This document shows, one piece after another, positions 47,141 to 62,200 of a DNA stretch of 64,000 bases; position 1 is the first letter of the stretch, and the number at the start of each line of letters is the position of its first letter. Under the pieces are notes generated by a model. It was given only the letters and a program-made list of their open reading frames with translations, did no database searches and had not been told where the DNA came from. Both the position numbers and the translations under genes were made by a program. The DNA is from Amphiscolops sp. MND2022 (taxonomy: Eukaryota), in contig OZ076409.1 in the NCBI GenBank assembly GCA_964187785.1, forward strand, positions 11,224,001 to 11,288,000, read 5' to 3'.

Positions 47141-50100
47141 AATTGGTTATTGAAATATATTTTTCTTTTCTATTCCAGGCTGTTGTGTTGCCAAATTTTG
47201 CCCAAGCTTGGATTTTTTGGTTGAATTTAATCATGTTTAAAGTTTTCATAGATCGCTTTTACACTTGGTTCAATATATTTGCTCACAATTTTTGTGTCAT
47301 GTATCTAATGAATGTTTGGAAAGCTTTATGGAAATAACGACCGATACAGTATTGTACTTGAAGAAAGGAGTTAAGCTGCATACAACTACCAACTTTGACG
47401 TCTATTATCTCAAAACACACGGTTCGGTAAAAAAATCAAGATTCTGTGAAAATTATGTTTTAAACGTTTTATTTAAACATAAAAATCGCTTGTCCAAAAC
47501 ATGTCGAAAACTCGAAATCTCAATTTGAATTCATAAACACAAAATCTAAAACATATTGCACATGACGAAGTCAATGTGCATTGCAGTCCAGCTAAGAAAG
47601 TTTTTTCCACTGTAGTCAACTTCATAATGAGCGCTTTTTAGAATAAAGCCAAAACCCCAGAGATTCGAACCTGCAGCCTCCCGATTGCACGGCATAAGTG
47701 TTGACCACTGTGCCATAGTGACGTTATTGAACAAAGTTGAACTGTTGAATATATACGCATGCGATTAAAATAATATATATACGCATATTAAAATAATCGA
47801 TGTCTTCGTCATGTGTTGCGAAGCACCGCTTCGCCTCTGTCTAAATTTTAAAACTCTAAACTGAAAATCACTGCGAAAGTATGAGTCAAAATGCCAATTT
47901 GTTTGCTTTTTCTATTGATAGGTGGTTGCGTGTTTCATCAAGGGACAACGTTTGCATTTGGCTCTTTTACCATTTTCTGATCGTTCAAATTCGAGTCAAA
48001 TTGCATCTCGTTTTCTTCCAGTATTAACAATTGGAGATTCCATTCATATGTGAAAAAGACAAAAGTTAAATTTAAGCTGTTCAAAACGTGTTTAAAACAA
48101 CCTCTGTTTTAAACATGCGAACCCTGTCAAAACATGATAATTGGCAGTTGCATCAGGGGGAATTGAATCTAGCTTACAAATGTCTTTTGCTTGAAATTTC
48201 TCCGACAATTACTACCGAATATAAAAGGTGACAATGACTAGATTTAACAAGACGGAACGTCGAAAGTCGGCGCTATATCTAAGGCTCAAAAAGATCGACC
48301 ATACGCCTCCTCCCAGTAAAACGCAGATTACTTCGGATATAATGTCAAAAGTTCGGATATAGCGCTTTACTCCAGATATTACGTCAAAATTTCGGAAAGT
48401 GAGAAAAATATTATTGTGGGTATATATTGAGAAAACTTAATTCCAGACTTAAATTGTTGAAACATTCTCAAAGTTCCGAAACCCTTTGGATTTTTTGAAA
48501 CTACAGTTTGTTGCGAAATGTCAAAAAATTGAAGGGGGCGCCGTTTGGAGGCAAATTCGAAAAAAAACGCACAGTGTCAAAAAATTGAAAGGAACCCTAC
48601 AGTCTCGGCCGGATTTGTATCTTACGATTAAAATGGAATAAATGAAAGGGGGACCCTTTGCACTAACTTAGATGCGTTTCCGCTTGCCGGTCCAGTAGTT
48701 TAGTAGTTCTGTAAAAAATGTCGACTACGCATGCTGTTATCCGACAAAAATGCCACTGTATTAGTCGGGCGTTTCTCCTTAAACGAAAACGCGCCGACTA
48801 AAAATAAATTATTGAGACCTTTGATTGTGGCATTGAATGGTTTTCGATGAGTTTTGTGTTCAACGAAACATGGATCTCCTGATACCATTTGGTTACACTT
48901 GCGATAAGCTAGTGTTATGGGAAAGTGCGGGTGCTTTTTTTCCGCGCGACAACTCTCGTTTCGGCCCGCAAGTCGTATAGTTCAGGCAATCGTGGTTTAG
49001 TGGTAAGATGCTTGCTTTTCAAACCAGAGGGTTCGTGTTCGAACCCGTGAGTATGCGCTAATTTTTTTACAAGTATTCCGAAGCAGAAGGTTCTCACTTT
49101 TTCCGCACTATGAGAATACTCCCTTTTTTCGGCTTTGCGAGACTTTTTTTCGAAAATTTTTCAAAGACTCCAATGGGTTCCCCTTCAATTTTTTGAAATT
49201 TTGCAACAGAATGGTTGTTAAAAAAACCTCAAAGGGCCCCCTTTTACAGTTTTCGGCATTGTGAGAAATTTCAAAATGAATAATTTTTGTCTTAAAATTA
49301 GGTTTTCTGAGGCCCAGCACGCTATATCCGAATTTTGTTTTTTTTTTAAAGACCGGCGTTTTTTCTATGCTACTTTTTTCTACTTTGTTTTCATCGAAGC
49401 CTCCCCCCCCTCAATTTTTACTTAGAATGAAACGTTTTGCGAGCATAAAGGTTTTCGGCGCTATGCGACTTACTGGAGACCTTTTTCAAAAAAAAATTTC
49501 GGGAAAATTCGAATTTTTTCATTTCTCTGTTTTTTTTTCAAATGTTTCCAGTTGATAGAGATGGTTTTTTGCTGTTACCAGTTGGGGAACAATGGTTTGG
49601 AGATTTATGCGTATCCCTTCGAGTATATTTTGGCGCTGTAAAATTGATGAAATTTTATCAATGTCATTTTACTTTTGGTTCTCCGTATGATTTATTTTGC
49701 TTATTTGGTTTCTTCAAAAGTTCGCGAAGCACGGCTTGGCCTCTGTTTAATGTTTGAAAAGAATTATGCCTTTCACTATCATGAAAATTGAATTAACCAC
49801 TAGGTTTGAAGTTTCCATTGAAGGTAACCAGAAGTTTCTATATTCTCAGGGCCAGTTTGCCTAAAGGTTAACTCGGATTTAAGGGCGGAGAGGTCTGGGA
49901 AGCATGAGTGCGTGGGTTCGAGTCGCGCACTGAACTAAATTTTTTCATGCTTGCAAAAGTAAAAGGGACCAAAGACTATGATACTTTTTTCCCCAATTTT
50001 TTGGAATCGGAGTTCCCTCTCTTGATTTTTAGCGGAAACAAAACGTTTTGCGAGCATAGAGGGCCACTGTAGGTTTTTCCGGCACAATGCGATTAACCGA

Positions 50101-53100
50101 AGACTTAAAAAAAATCAAACTTTGGAACAATTTTTGGGTTTTGGGTTTTCTGTGAGGTTTTCTTTCTTTGAATCCCAAGGGTAACCCCTTTGCTCATTTT
50201 TTGGTCCAGCGAGACTGATGAGATTTCTCAATAATTGCGGAACAGACCTATGTTTTTTTTGGAACCATGCGACTTTTCGGAAAACTTCATTTGGTAGTTA
50301 TTCTTTCACTTTTTAAAATGTTTTCGGCCTAAAAAACGTTTGGCAAGTCTAAAGCTCCTTTTCGACACTTAAACATTTTTTCCGGAAAAATTTCGATGAA
50401 ATAAGTTCCGATTTTTAGGACTCGGAGAAATGTTCGACTACTTATTCCTTTTTTCTCCCGACCTTCCAATGAAAATTTCATATTTCTCGAAAAGTGTTCA
50501 TACTGTTTTCATAAACTTTGGCACAGTCGTTCCACATCCAAATGTGCTCCTGCGCGCGCTCTGACATCGAAATAAAATTACTGGGATGTGAGAAACAGCG
50601 AAAATTAGCCCAAAAATGACGAAAAACGTTTTGTTTTGGACTTTTTGTTACTTCACTCAAAAACTGCACATACGATTGAAAGGAAATTATCTACAGTCAT
50701 TCTTCACCGTATTAGTGTCCTAAATATGCAATGGCAATGAAATCGTATGACTGGGATTCTTGCGAGTCGGAAGGAGATAGACATAATCCGACTCCTTTAC
50801 CGCATATGCGGCTCTGGATGATGTTTGCAGCTGGGAAGGAGCGTTTTTAATCTCTCGGGGTGTCCTTTTGGGTACTTTCCAGTACTGGAAACCAGATAAA
50901 TATCTCAATAGTGTTTCTGCATGATTAAATTTCTGTGAACCTTGTGCGGAGCGCCGATTCGGGCCGTTCTCGGCTTGTTAAAATTTGTTTTAAATTTTTT
51001 CATAATCGTAAAATAGTGCTTTCAAGCGCAGTTTGATCGCTACTGAATTTCGAAACAGTGCTCTGAAAATGTTATTACCGGTATCGTTTCAGCCAATAGC
51101 AATTTTCTGTCCACATATAATAGGGGAGGAAAATCATAATCTGTGTTGCGTTTTTTTCCAAACCGCCAAGATCTCCAAACACTGTTTGACCATTTTAATT
51201 CCAAGAAACTAAACTAGTCAAGTAGTTCTTAGTTTGTAGTTGCTCTCTCAGTTACCAGCATGCGTATTAGCAAGTTATTAGCAATCAAGCAGCTAGTCAG
51301 CAAACAGTTAGTTAGCAAGCAAGAATGCTATTTGAGTTATGATGGCTCAGTTGGAAGTACATCAGCCTATCAATCGGTAGATAGTGGGTTCATATCTTAC
51401 CTTCGCCTGATTTTTTTGACAAGGCGCAAAATATCCCGGTGTTTAGCAGGCGTCTTATTAGCAAATAGAGCGTTATCTCTGACTGAGAAGCTTTTCCCAG
51501 CGCTCTTTTGCTTCATTTTAGTCAGTTTCGTTATAGAACGCAGACTGTAATAGTTGCTCTTGTTTTTTGAGAACAACTGACTGACAGATTTTTCAGATAA
51601 TTTTTCTGCGATAGCCGGAATAATATAGAAATCTGAAATATGCAACTTTATTTCAGCCGACTTTTGTTAGCGATCCGAGTACCTACTAATAAAATTCAGA
51701 TATTTTGTTCGGCAGTGTAAGCGTGGGATTTGGAATTCTCAAGCTGCTGCAGACAATCCATTTCTCGTGCGACGACACGAGGGGTGGTAATTGTGCCTTC
51801 GTACGCCGAATTCAGTGAGACGAAGCGAGCAAATGTTTGTAATTATACTTTCGTACGCCGAGTTATTGAGATGAAGGGAACGAGTGCTAAATATTCGTTC
51901 GCCGAGAGCTTCGACGGCATTAAAATGCGAATGTAAAACTTCGTATACGCTCAGTAGTTATATTTTCTTTAGTCCAAGAACAATTTATTACTGTGTAAAC
52001 TGGTACAGTGAATAATTGTGCGCTATAAAATGATTAAACAGGGGTATTCAGTTATTCCAGATATGCTTGTTATTAAACATGAAAACCTAAAAGCAGAAAT
52101 AGTACTGTGGACCACTGAGGTCTGTTTTTGGTAAAACGCGATATAGTTCGGATATTACGTCAAAAGTTAGGGTAGCGTATTATTTCTCCACCTCCTTATT
52201 AGTGAAACGCAACGTACTTCGAATGTAACGTCAACAATTCCACTATAGCGTGCTTGCTAGGCCAAATATATTTTACCGTAAGAAGAATATTTGCTACATC
52301 TGTTCTCTGTATAACTGGAGGGAACCGAGGTACTGGGGATAAAACTAGCTACTATGTGAAGAATCGTGCGTTTTTCTCCGAGTTTTCGATTTTTTAAAAA
52401 AACGGTTCATACGATTCGAACTAGTTTCTTACAGTCATTCTATATATTAGGGTCCTATGTTTCATGCCGAATAGCATGAAGGAATTTAACGACGACGCAT
52501 CCCGGTTGTCAAAAACTTTAATTTCATTTCCATGTAACCTAGTTTTTCATGATTTATACTAACGAAAGAACGACTGGACTATCCAGTCGTCATTCATTCG
52601 ACATTTACATACAACTCAGTATATTTTAACCTTTTTCAACGTAGTTATTAGAGCATCGATTAGTACATTTAACATCCATTCATCGTCCGCAAAAAATAGT
52701 AAAACAATCATGAGTATCAGTAGTCATTAGTATATGGTGCGTCTATTTATACATTCAGAGAACTTTATGCTAACAACCACGAGCTTCAGTCGTCATCAGT
52801 ATTCGTGCATCAATTTTTACACTTGGAAAAAATTACCAAGAACTATGTAAAAGTCTTCTAACCACGGTTACCACTTAATCATTAGTCGTAAGTTAGTCCG
52901 TGCTATGAAGTCGTAACATCAATGATATAGGGCGGTGCGATAACAGGTGCTAAAGTGCTATGATGGTAATTAACGACGATTGAAGTAACCAATCGTACAA
53001 CGCATCATGAAGGGTTAGCTTAACCAGTAAATTTGACCAAATATACGCACTCAACCAAGCATTGCTAACGCGCAATTGAGGATTTTGAAGGTGCTATTGC

Positions 53101-53264
53101 GCTGTAGAGACCAACCAGTAGATTTATTGTAACCGTGATATTCAGACGTACTGATTATACTTGCTATTTGAATTCTGATTGTACCAATTTATAAAAAACT
53201 AAGCCTCCTTACCTTTCAAACCCTAAAATAACTCACACTAAAACAAAATCAGTTCTTTTACCCA

Positions 53265-53580
53265 ATGGTAACTACCTGATTACAATCTAACAGAAGTAAC
53301 AGAATCGATCAAACAGAAATGGATACATTCAGTGATGATGATGATAACGCTAGTGTAGCCGATCTTTACTCGAGAAATTACACAAGAAAAACAACGAAGC
53401 AACTATGTGATCTCAGGAAAGAGATGACGAAAGGCATAGAATAGAACAAAGGTTCTATGACATGAACAGACAAATTGGGGAATTAACCAGCATGGTGAGA
53501 GCCCTTACCTAAAAGATCAAATGGTAGGGAAAAGAACGGCCAAAACATCCGAAACATTGAGACGTCGCTACGTTCTGACA
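53265..53580 (+). pseudogene. Degenerate coding fragment, possibly retroelement gag-like
   Basis: MVTT..QSNRSNR...IEQRFYDMNRQIGELTSMVRAL coiled-coil-like segment interrupted by stops and shifts; no RT motifs seen. Confidence 0.25.
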
Positions 53581-56500
53581 CTATAAGTGCAATGATATCA
53601 AAATAGTATAACTGGGATCTGAGAAACAGCCAAAATTAGTCCAAATATGACCAAATGACAAAGTACGTCATTTGTTTTTCAGTATTTTCATCCGTTTCCA
53701 ATTCTTTACCGCACATGCGGCTCTGTTTTCGAAACATGTTTAATTTATCTACAGGTCATCTCTTCGCTTTTTTCTGTTGGAGGAACCGTTTTGCGAGTGT
53801 AAAAGATCTCTGTTCGGATTTTCCAGCAATATGTGACTTGAAAACTTCTATTACACCTATCTATTGAGACCGGAATCTTCGTAGATTGTAATTCCTGACC
53901 GTTTCCAAAAATGTCGCTTTGAACTGTCAGAAAACTCAGTAGGGTTGAAAACAATAGTTTTTCATCATGTATAGAAATTTGAAGTAAAACAACTTCGTTT
54001 AATTTATCGTCATTCAGCTTTTCAACTGTTCTTTCAACTGAATGGTCAATCTTTTAATTTTTCATAAGGGCTTTGATTGATTTTTAACCGAGGAGGGCTA
54101 AACGTTAAAAAAGCAAAATTTCGGTTCCCAACGAGATTGGAACCCATTCACGGTTGCTTCGAAACAACAAATCCCTGCAACTTGGCCAAATGATGGGAGT
54201 TGACTGTAGACTTCTACTTTAAATTAGTTTAGTGGTTTCTTGCAGATTTGTTGAAAACTTTTTTAAAAACCGCTGCAGATAAAATGTTTTTTTTTGTCTT
54301 GAATTGAGAAATGCCAACACTCGATTGATCTTCGTGTAACTCTGTCCAACACTTTTATTTGCTATCTCTTCGCCTGTACGGCCATGCTACTATATGCTCA
54401 TTGGAATTTCAAAATGATCCAGCAACGAAATAAGCTGAGAACGGCCCAAGTCGGCGCCCCGCTGCAGACTAAAAAGCATGGTCTTTTGAAAATGCTCAAG
54501 ACTAAAGGTGTGAAGAACTCTCAAATTGCCGAAAAACAATCCAACAGGGGCTCCTTATGCTCTGAAAAGGCATCACCTTTTTATGTCTTTTTCGTGAGTT
54601 TTGATGGAATTTGATAACAAGGCACGCAGATCTTCATGAGAGATCATTATGAATTGTCTTGTCTGCTAAGCACCGGGATACTTTCCGCTAAAAATGTAAC
54701 GCATCAGCACGGGTTCGAACCCACGACCTCGTGTCTGCCACGCAGACTCTCTACCAACTGCGCTGCCAAGTAACTAAAATAGTCGAGTAACTAACTTGTA
54801 AACAGCTGCACCATCGTCACTACTAAATGGAGTAAGTGGAGTTTTGCCAGAATTTGTAAAAATAACGCAACACAGATTATGTTCCAAAAATAATAAGAGT
54901 CAACTGATTAGAAACTCAGATTCGATCTATCATGTTTTTAAACGGGAAAATTTCTTGTTGGATAATCCGTAAAAACATTTTTACTGGAACGTAGTCTAGA
55001 GTCGTGTCGAATTTGAAGATATTAAACTCATCATAGAGGTTGAGAAATAGAGGGCCCAAATTGAAAACGTTGGTCAATGTCACACTTTTGACAGAAAAAA
55101 AGTGAAATTTGCCTCTGAAAATCGAATTGCAATGGGCTTCGCTTCGTTTCGTTTCGCCCAAATTCTTCCCCTGGATACTTCTTGTTAGCAAATTCTATGT
55201 ACAAAATTTGTGTCAGAGCAAAATACATTTACTACGCTCTTGCTGCAGTTCCTGAACATCAGTGTTGCTACAGCCAAACATTTTGTCTATTTGATTTCAA
55301 CGATATTTGACCACGTCTTAGGAAGTGGAAAAACGTTTTTTCATTGCTCGTGTTACAAAAACTTCATTTCAATTTTCCGCCCACGTTTCTACTTGGGAAA
55401 AAATTGCTAAGCTCTCTATGCCGTGTTTTTCCCTAATTTTGCCATTTTCCACATTGTACACAAGTCGAACATGTTCTTCCACAAAAATCAACTGACATAA
55501 AAACAGATTCGTAACCTGTAATTCTAGAGTTATTATAACTTTTTGGAATTGACCAAAACGACTGAAAACTTCGGGGTGGGGGGGGGGGGGGTTTGGGTGC
55601 GTTTGTACTTTTTTTTGAACACCTGAAAGGTTTACCACGAAGTTCAACAACGAGCCAACTACCTATTCTGTGTGCTCTTACAAAGTGTTTTTTGTTGCGT
55701 TGCGAAAAGCCTCATATTACCCAAAAAAGTCCAAATTTTTCGCGGAACACGTATTTTGGCCATTTATGAGCGCTTTTTGCGGCATTTCCAAACTTTTCGA
55801 GAAATTAGAACATACTCAGAGTTCAAACACGAGCAAATAAGCTATTAACCATACGATTTTAAGAAGAACAATCCGGTGCTTGGAATCTTTTAAAGGTCTC
55901 GAAGTTGGCATAAAAAGGTAAAATTTCCATAATTTGACTAATTTTAGACATTTTTGCGAACTATTCAAACGTTTCAAAATGAACCATCCACAGAGTAGAA
56001 TAGCGAATCAAATGTCCATGCCGTACCTTTTCAAGAAAATCAATCCTGTGTTTTTCTTACAAAAAGTGCCCCGAAATTACCCACAAAAATTTTTAGTGAC
56101 TTTTAGATGTGGGTGCGGAAAAAGACCCATGTGCTTCTTCAATATCAACCCAAAAAGTAATTTTATCTTTACTACATTTTTTCGTAGAAAAAGAACCCAC
56201 GTTGAAGGAACCGACTATTCTGTAATTCTTGAGTTATTTGTTTTTAGTCAAGGTCCGAAACCATCATAAAAAAGGAATTTTTCAGTAATTTCAATTGTTT
56301 CAAGTAGAATTTGTTCTCGATTAGAACTTTTCGTTGGGCATGAGCAATCACAGCGTTCTGAGAGGAAACCGATATTTTTTAACAGACTTCTGAAAACGAG
56401 AAAACGGATATCATTTTCCGTTAAAAACGGACAAAATGCCATTAAGGAGCAAAAAAAAAGCATTTTCCGGGACGGAAAAAATCTCGTTGCTCAGCGGGCG

Positions 56501-56802
56501 TCTTGCAACTACAAAATTTGTGGGCCTTCCAAAACGCGGATAGTCAACAATTTCCTCAAGGTATTGAATTGCGCAAAAACAGCTGTATTTCAAGTATTTA
56601 CTAATTATATCTCGCATTATTACGTGGAAAAAGGTCACCCATTTTTTGTACCAGGCTAACTGATACAGTACCAGGCTAACTGATAAGTGGTATTGAGAAA
56701 TTAATTTCTGCAAATTGAGTTTGAACAAAAACATGACTGCAGTCGGTCTAGCTTCTGCAGAATACTTCGTGTTTCATGTCTGGGTGCAGTCAAGTTGCAT
56801 AG

Positions 56803-59211
56803 TTACATCATGTCGCATACGGATGCGAGAGAATCTGAAGCTGGGAAGTCGGCCAACCCGATATCTGCCGGTGCGTACCATTCATAATGGCGGTTTGATA
56901 CATAGAACTGATTTCCTCCGAAGTTGTAGGGCTGCCTATATTGCCATTCCAACAATCCATTATCAATCACTTGCCCATCAACTGTTTTCCAATCCTCGTG
57001 ATTTTCCGTGTAGATTCCCAACCAATGAGGTTCATTGTTCATCTTTGCCATGAGAAAGAGAATTTGATCACAAGTTCCGTTCATGTTGTGGAACAACTTA
57101 CCGCCAAGTTCTTCGCAATGGGCTCTCGCGTCATGCCATGATTTTTTTTCGTGCACAAGTTTGATCCAAGTTACCGTTTCCTCAGAATTGCCATCAACCT
57201 GTTGGAATTTTTAAAAAAGGTAATTTACCTTAAAGTTAGATATTTAGGAGCGGTATATACAGAGTCTTTCTGAAATTATGTGTCAAAACTATTTTCAAAT
57301 TGTTGGAAATTGGTCAAATTTAACAAGATAGGAAGTTTTGATTGATGTTTTTCGTTTTGCTCAATTTTGTTGAGCGGAAACTTCAGTTTTTCACACTTCC
57401 TCTTTCCGTCATGAACCAACATATCAATATTCGGAAGCGATTACCGCTTTGTGAAGATCAGAAACGAGGTCAATTCCAGCACCTAATGTAGATGAATTAA
57501 CTTTTAATGTATCAAGAACAAAAGTTCCAAATTTTGTTGAAATAATAATAATTTTAATTGCCATCGATGTAGGAATTTTTTGGAGAAAAAATGAAGAGTG
57601 TAGTGTATTCACTATTTGGCTGACGGAAATTTTGAATGCGCGAAATTCTTTAAATATTTTGATTTTTTCGAAAAAGTCTCAAAAGCAAATGTCACTCAAA
57701 TTTTGATCAGCAATACAAGGGTCTTTTTCAAGTGGAACCAATATTGAAAAAGCTATATCATATTGTATTTCGAGAAATTTTGGAAATTTTTGAACTTTAT
57801 TAAGCAATGTCTCAGAAACTACTGGTCAGAAAAAAACCTCCTTCGATGATTTTTTTAACCGTGACATCGTTCTTTAACGTGTTTACTAATTATTCTGAAA
57901 ATGCTTTCTTAAAAATTGAACACCCAAAAAACACCTAAAATTAAGTCGAAAGAACATTTTTACTGAGTAAAAACTGAAGATTTCGATTGTTGTGATCATT
58001 CGGTGTAAATTCTTAAGGAGGGCTTTTTCAGAAAATGCGTTAAATTCAAAAGTTAGAGATCTGAATCAAAGGAACAAAGTACGTTTCAAGCACTTTTTGC
58101 TAAGAAGAGCGGTTCGGTTCTCGACATATTACATGATAAAATTCGGAAAAAAAACAAGTCAAAAATTAGCGAAGCCTTGTGGTAGCTACCGACTTTTTTG
58201 GTTTTTGTGTGAGATGAAAACAAAAAATACCACTGTAATTCTGACTGAAATTTGAGAAGATTTTGCTCCAATGACTTTTGTGTCTATTGATTATGTACAA
58301 ATGCATTACGATTTGAGATTTTAAATCGAGTGTCTTCAGCTTTTCGGTTCCTTAGTGTATTTGCGCAGCAGTGAAAAGAGAGCCCTGACTTCGATTTAAC
58401 CCAAATAAGAGCTTCAAATAATTCAATGAAGATTTTCACAGTTTTCACTGAAATGTGACATTTTAGAACATTATAGGGTAGATTCATATAGTTTTTCAAT
58501 TCGCAAAGGTTAAAAAGTTCTGCAGAAAGAAAAATTTTGATGTTTTCCTACGTTATTTGAAAGCCAGGAGTAGCAAACTGTTCGGACCTAAATTCTTAGT
58601 GCTCAATTAATTATCCTATCCAATTATTGTTGGTCTATTTGAAGTATCAATTAAATATTTTGATTTTGATTGAATGAAAAAATCCATGCCTGGGTTCCTC
58701 CATGAGCTACGTGGACTGAAATATCTCTGTGATTTGTGATTTTCCACTGCACTCCATCGTCAATTTTCGTGTTCACCCAAGGACCCCATCCTTCGTCAAC
58801 TCGTTTCCCAGCTATTTGGCACCTCTCGTCATTATCATTCTTCTGTATATCTGCAAACACACCATCTTGCTGGCATACTGGTTTCGATTCCTTCTTCATT
58901 CCAAAATATTTGCAGTTTGCATCTTCTTCTAAAATGTTCTCACCAAGCTCTGTTGAAAAAATATCTTCGTTGTACAACTCACAAGAAGTTTCTCCACAAA
59001 AACCGAACGAAAGGCAGTCATCGTTTTTAGAACAAGCGAGGGCACATTTTGTACGCGATGCTTCTTGTCGTGTTTCAATAACTTTTCCTGCGTCCAAACG
59101 TTTCCCATTTATTGGGTCTTCGAATGCCGTGGAACGAAATGTATTGGGATCTCCGGTCGCTGTTTCTGCAACAAGAGTAAATGCTGCATAAACGATGAGA
59201 ATCCCAACCAT
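56803..59211 (-). CDS. Secreted PAN/Apple + C-type lectin domain protein, 2 exons (59211-58690, 57198-56803), ~305 aa
   Basis: Signal peptide MVGILIVYAAFTLVAETATG; PAN CALACSKNDDCLSFGFCGETSCELY; WGPW; CTLD KSWHDARAHCEELGGKL...WLGI...W..RQP...SVCD. The in-frame join needs a GC donor (CAG|GCATGG). Confidence 0.82.
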
Positions 59212-62200
59212 AACTCTTGCTTTTTTAAGAAAGTTTCCCAGATTCTGTAATTTTAGTGCCTCTTTGATAGTAACAATGGAAATAATGGGGGAAGAAAGAG
59301 AAACAAAAAGAAGTAACAATTGAATTGTTTGTAAAGTTTGCGGCTGAATGAACTGAGAATTTCGGACAGTTGCCGAAACAAAAGCTCTTTGTCTGTACAG
59401 CACTGCACATTCAATTACCAGCAGCTAATTTCATGGAAGTTGAAGAGGTAAGAAAAAACTGGTGCCATGGTGTCTATTAACCAGGTGTGCCACAAGACGA
59501 CTATAATAAGGGTTGTTATAATTTGAACAACTTGGACTTCTGTTTTTTACAAACCAATAGATTGAGCTTCGGAGCACAAGAAAAAGGACGGAACAAAAGC
59601 AAAATTGAAATTGAATTCTAAGTAATTAATCAATCATTTATAAACGACGCAGCGAATTTTGCTCAAGTGCTTCACCCACTGTTTCCATCGATGCATGAAT
59701 TAGCTTTTATAGTCTGTTCCATAATTTAATTTTGGTCTTGTGAGGTCCATGTAACAAACAACGTCAGAATGAGAAAGATTTTTCCTAAAAGGAGAGCAGT
59801 CGTAGCTCTTTGTTTCGGCGACTGATGTTTCCAGCACTACAAGAATCTAGCGTAAAATAGGCTAACAAGTGGGACTGATGCTTCTTCAATTTTAGGCGAG
59901 ACCAAGATGCTACAGAAAATGTGCGATTCATAGTTAAAAAGCTCGAAAAGTACCACCCGGAACTGAATTCATAAGGCTTCCATGCAATTCCATACATGGA
60001 ACTATATGATCAACACAATTTCAAGAGATTCTATGCATAGAAGTATGACATTCATGCGTTTCCATGCATGAAATCATATGGTTCCATGCATGGAAACGCA
60101 TGGAACCAAATGGTAGTTCGTATGGAATAAAAAGTGAGCCTAAGGCAATCTTCGGATAATAACGCAGTTGGAAGCAACATCCTTTGTAAAAGAAAAACGA
60201 TTTTCCAAGTTTTTTTGGACCAGTTTGCAAAACGAAGTATGAGTGTGATCAATTCCTTTTTAAACATCTCAATTCCAAATTTTTATTCATGTACATCAGA
60301 GCTGTCTTCACTTATAAAAAGCATGAGCTACATGTATTAAAAGCATGGCAACATTATTAATCGGCTTCACTAAAATCACACATCTAGAGAAAATGTCCGT
60401 TGTGGAGTTTAGTCAACAGGGTTCTTCAGAGTTCAATAGAGACACTGCATGTATCTAGCCGTCGCTATTAAGTCATTATTTAATTGAGGTGACTAACAAG
60501 ATGTTTGATCTGGAGCATCATACCAAATATTGTATGATTGTACGATACATCGAAGTAGGAAAAATGAGTCCAATCACGTTACAGTGATTCTGTCGAGTCG
60601 AAACGAAATGACTTTGAGTCTCCTTTGAAAAGTTGCCCAGTAAACCTACTCGAAAATGAAACATCAATAAATTTAATTGCTCCTTTTGTTCCTTTCATTA
60701 TTTGTTCCTCACCTGAAAAATTCTAGGTATCCTAAAAACTGGTTTGTTCACTTAAAAACCTAGTTGATTCATATCATTAAAGTCCCGCGTCCTAAAATCA
60801 GGTATCGAAATTCCATGTTACGTCAATTATGCGTCACTTTTGTTGACATCAGTTGACTAAAACGGAAAGAAAAAATGCTTCCAAAAGTACGTTTTAGAAA
60901 TGATGCTGAAAAGTCACTAATGAGCGCTTCATTACAGACAACGTAAGTTATGTGATCATTAATCCAACGTTTTCTGAGCACTGAGCATAGCGTAAACCGG
61001 ACGTATATTTGAACATCATCAATGAAAGCATTGTTTCAAAATAGCTAATTGGTATTACTGCAAAGATTCAACAATAACAAGACGCCCGCTAAGCACCGGA
61101 ATATTTTCCGCGACACTCTTTTTGCAAAAAAGTATGGCGAAGGAGAGGATCGAACCCACGACCTACTGGCTGGGAAACACGAAAAAATTTCAAGCACCAG
61201 CCAGGGATCGAACCCACGACATACTGGCTGGGAAAGTAATAAATGAAGAGCACTCGCTCGATGGAGCGGAGATAAAGTAGAGTTTTGGCAGAATTTGTAA
61301 AAACGCGTCACAGATCATGATTTTTCCTCCCCCATTTATGTGGGCGAAAATAAATAGAATTCATAAAACAAATAAACAATAGCAACTTTGCAGTTGTTAC
61401 ATTTCTGAGTTTGAAAACATATTTAGGTAGCTCATTTAATTTAGAATAATGTTGACCTTGCGTCACACGAAATATCTTTGGAATAAGATTGAAATGGCAA
61501 TGTTAAAACGTTCATTTATAGTTCAAAGGTAAGACTCATTGGTATAGTTAGTGTATTCTCTTGGTTAATCCTGACGTACAAAGTAGAAAAAATGGAAAGT
61601 CCTAATTCTAAGATGTCATTTCTTGGAATGTATAAACAGTTTCATCCCTTATCTTGCAACACAGCTTTTTGTTAATTAAGATCCTTTTCCAAACTTATGA
61701 ACTTCCTTATTTCCTGTAAAAATTTCTCTCCATATTGTGTTTAGGGCTCTGACTAAAAAAAAACAATTTTACATTTGCAACGTAGTGTCGCCGTGTGTAC
61801 TAAGATTAGCTATAGCTGACCAACGGTTGACGGAGGGATTACGGCGAGCTTAAAAAATCGTCTCAATTCGCTAACTAGGGACGTCACAAGATCATTTATA
61901 TTAGCTCGAGCGCAAACATCATCCAATTACGATGTAAACCTTTGCTTAAATTACCTTTGCTGGCAATCTCAGTAGATTCTGACAACTAGTACGAACCACA
62001 TGTGTTTCACTATGTGGGGTGTTTGTTTTCATTTCAGGTTGTATGTTATCCGTTGGGACTACGGATCTGAATGTTGTTTTCAGTTTTCTCTATTAGGTTG
62101 AAGATGAACTAATTTTTTTTGAATTTCATTATCTCATTGTGATATTTGATTGGCATGGAGATTATCCAGAAAATAAAACCCTGAATGAAAATGACCGTGC

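Noticed and set aside
54700..54772. tRNA-like sequence on the minus strand (also near 4380, 48990, 51340, 54130, 61145)
   Set aside because: A/B boxes are present but acceptor and anticodon stems do not pair properly, and they lie inside interspersed repeats; treated as tRNA-derived repeat parts, not tRNA genes.
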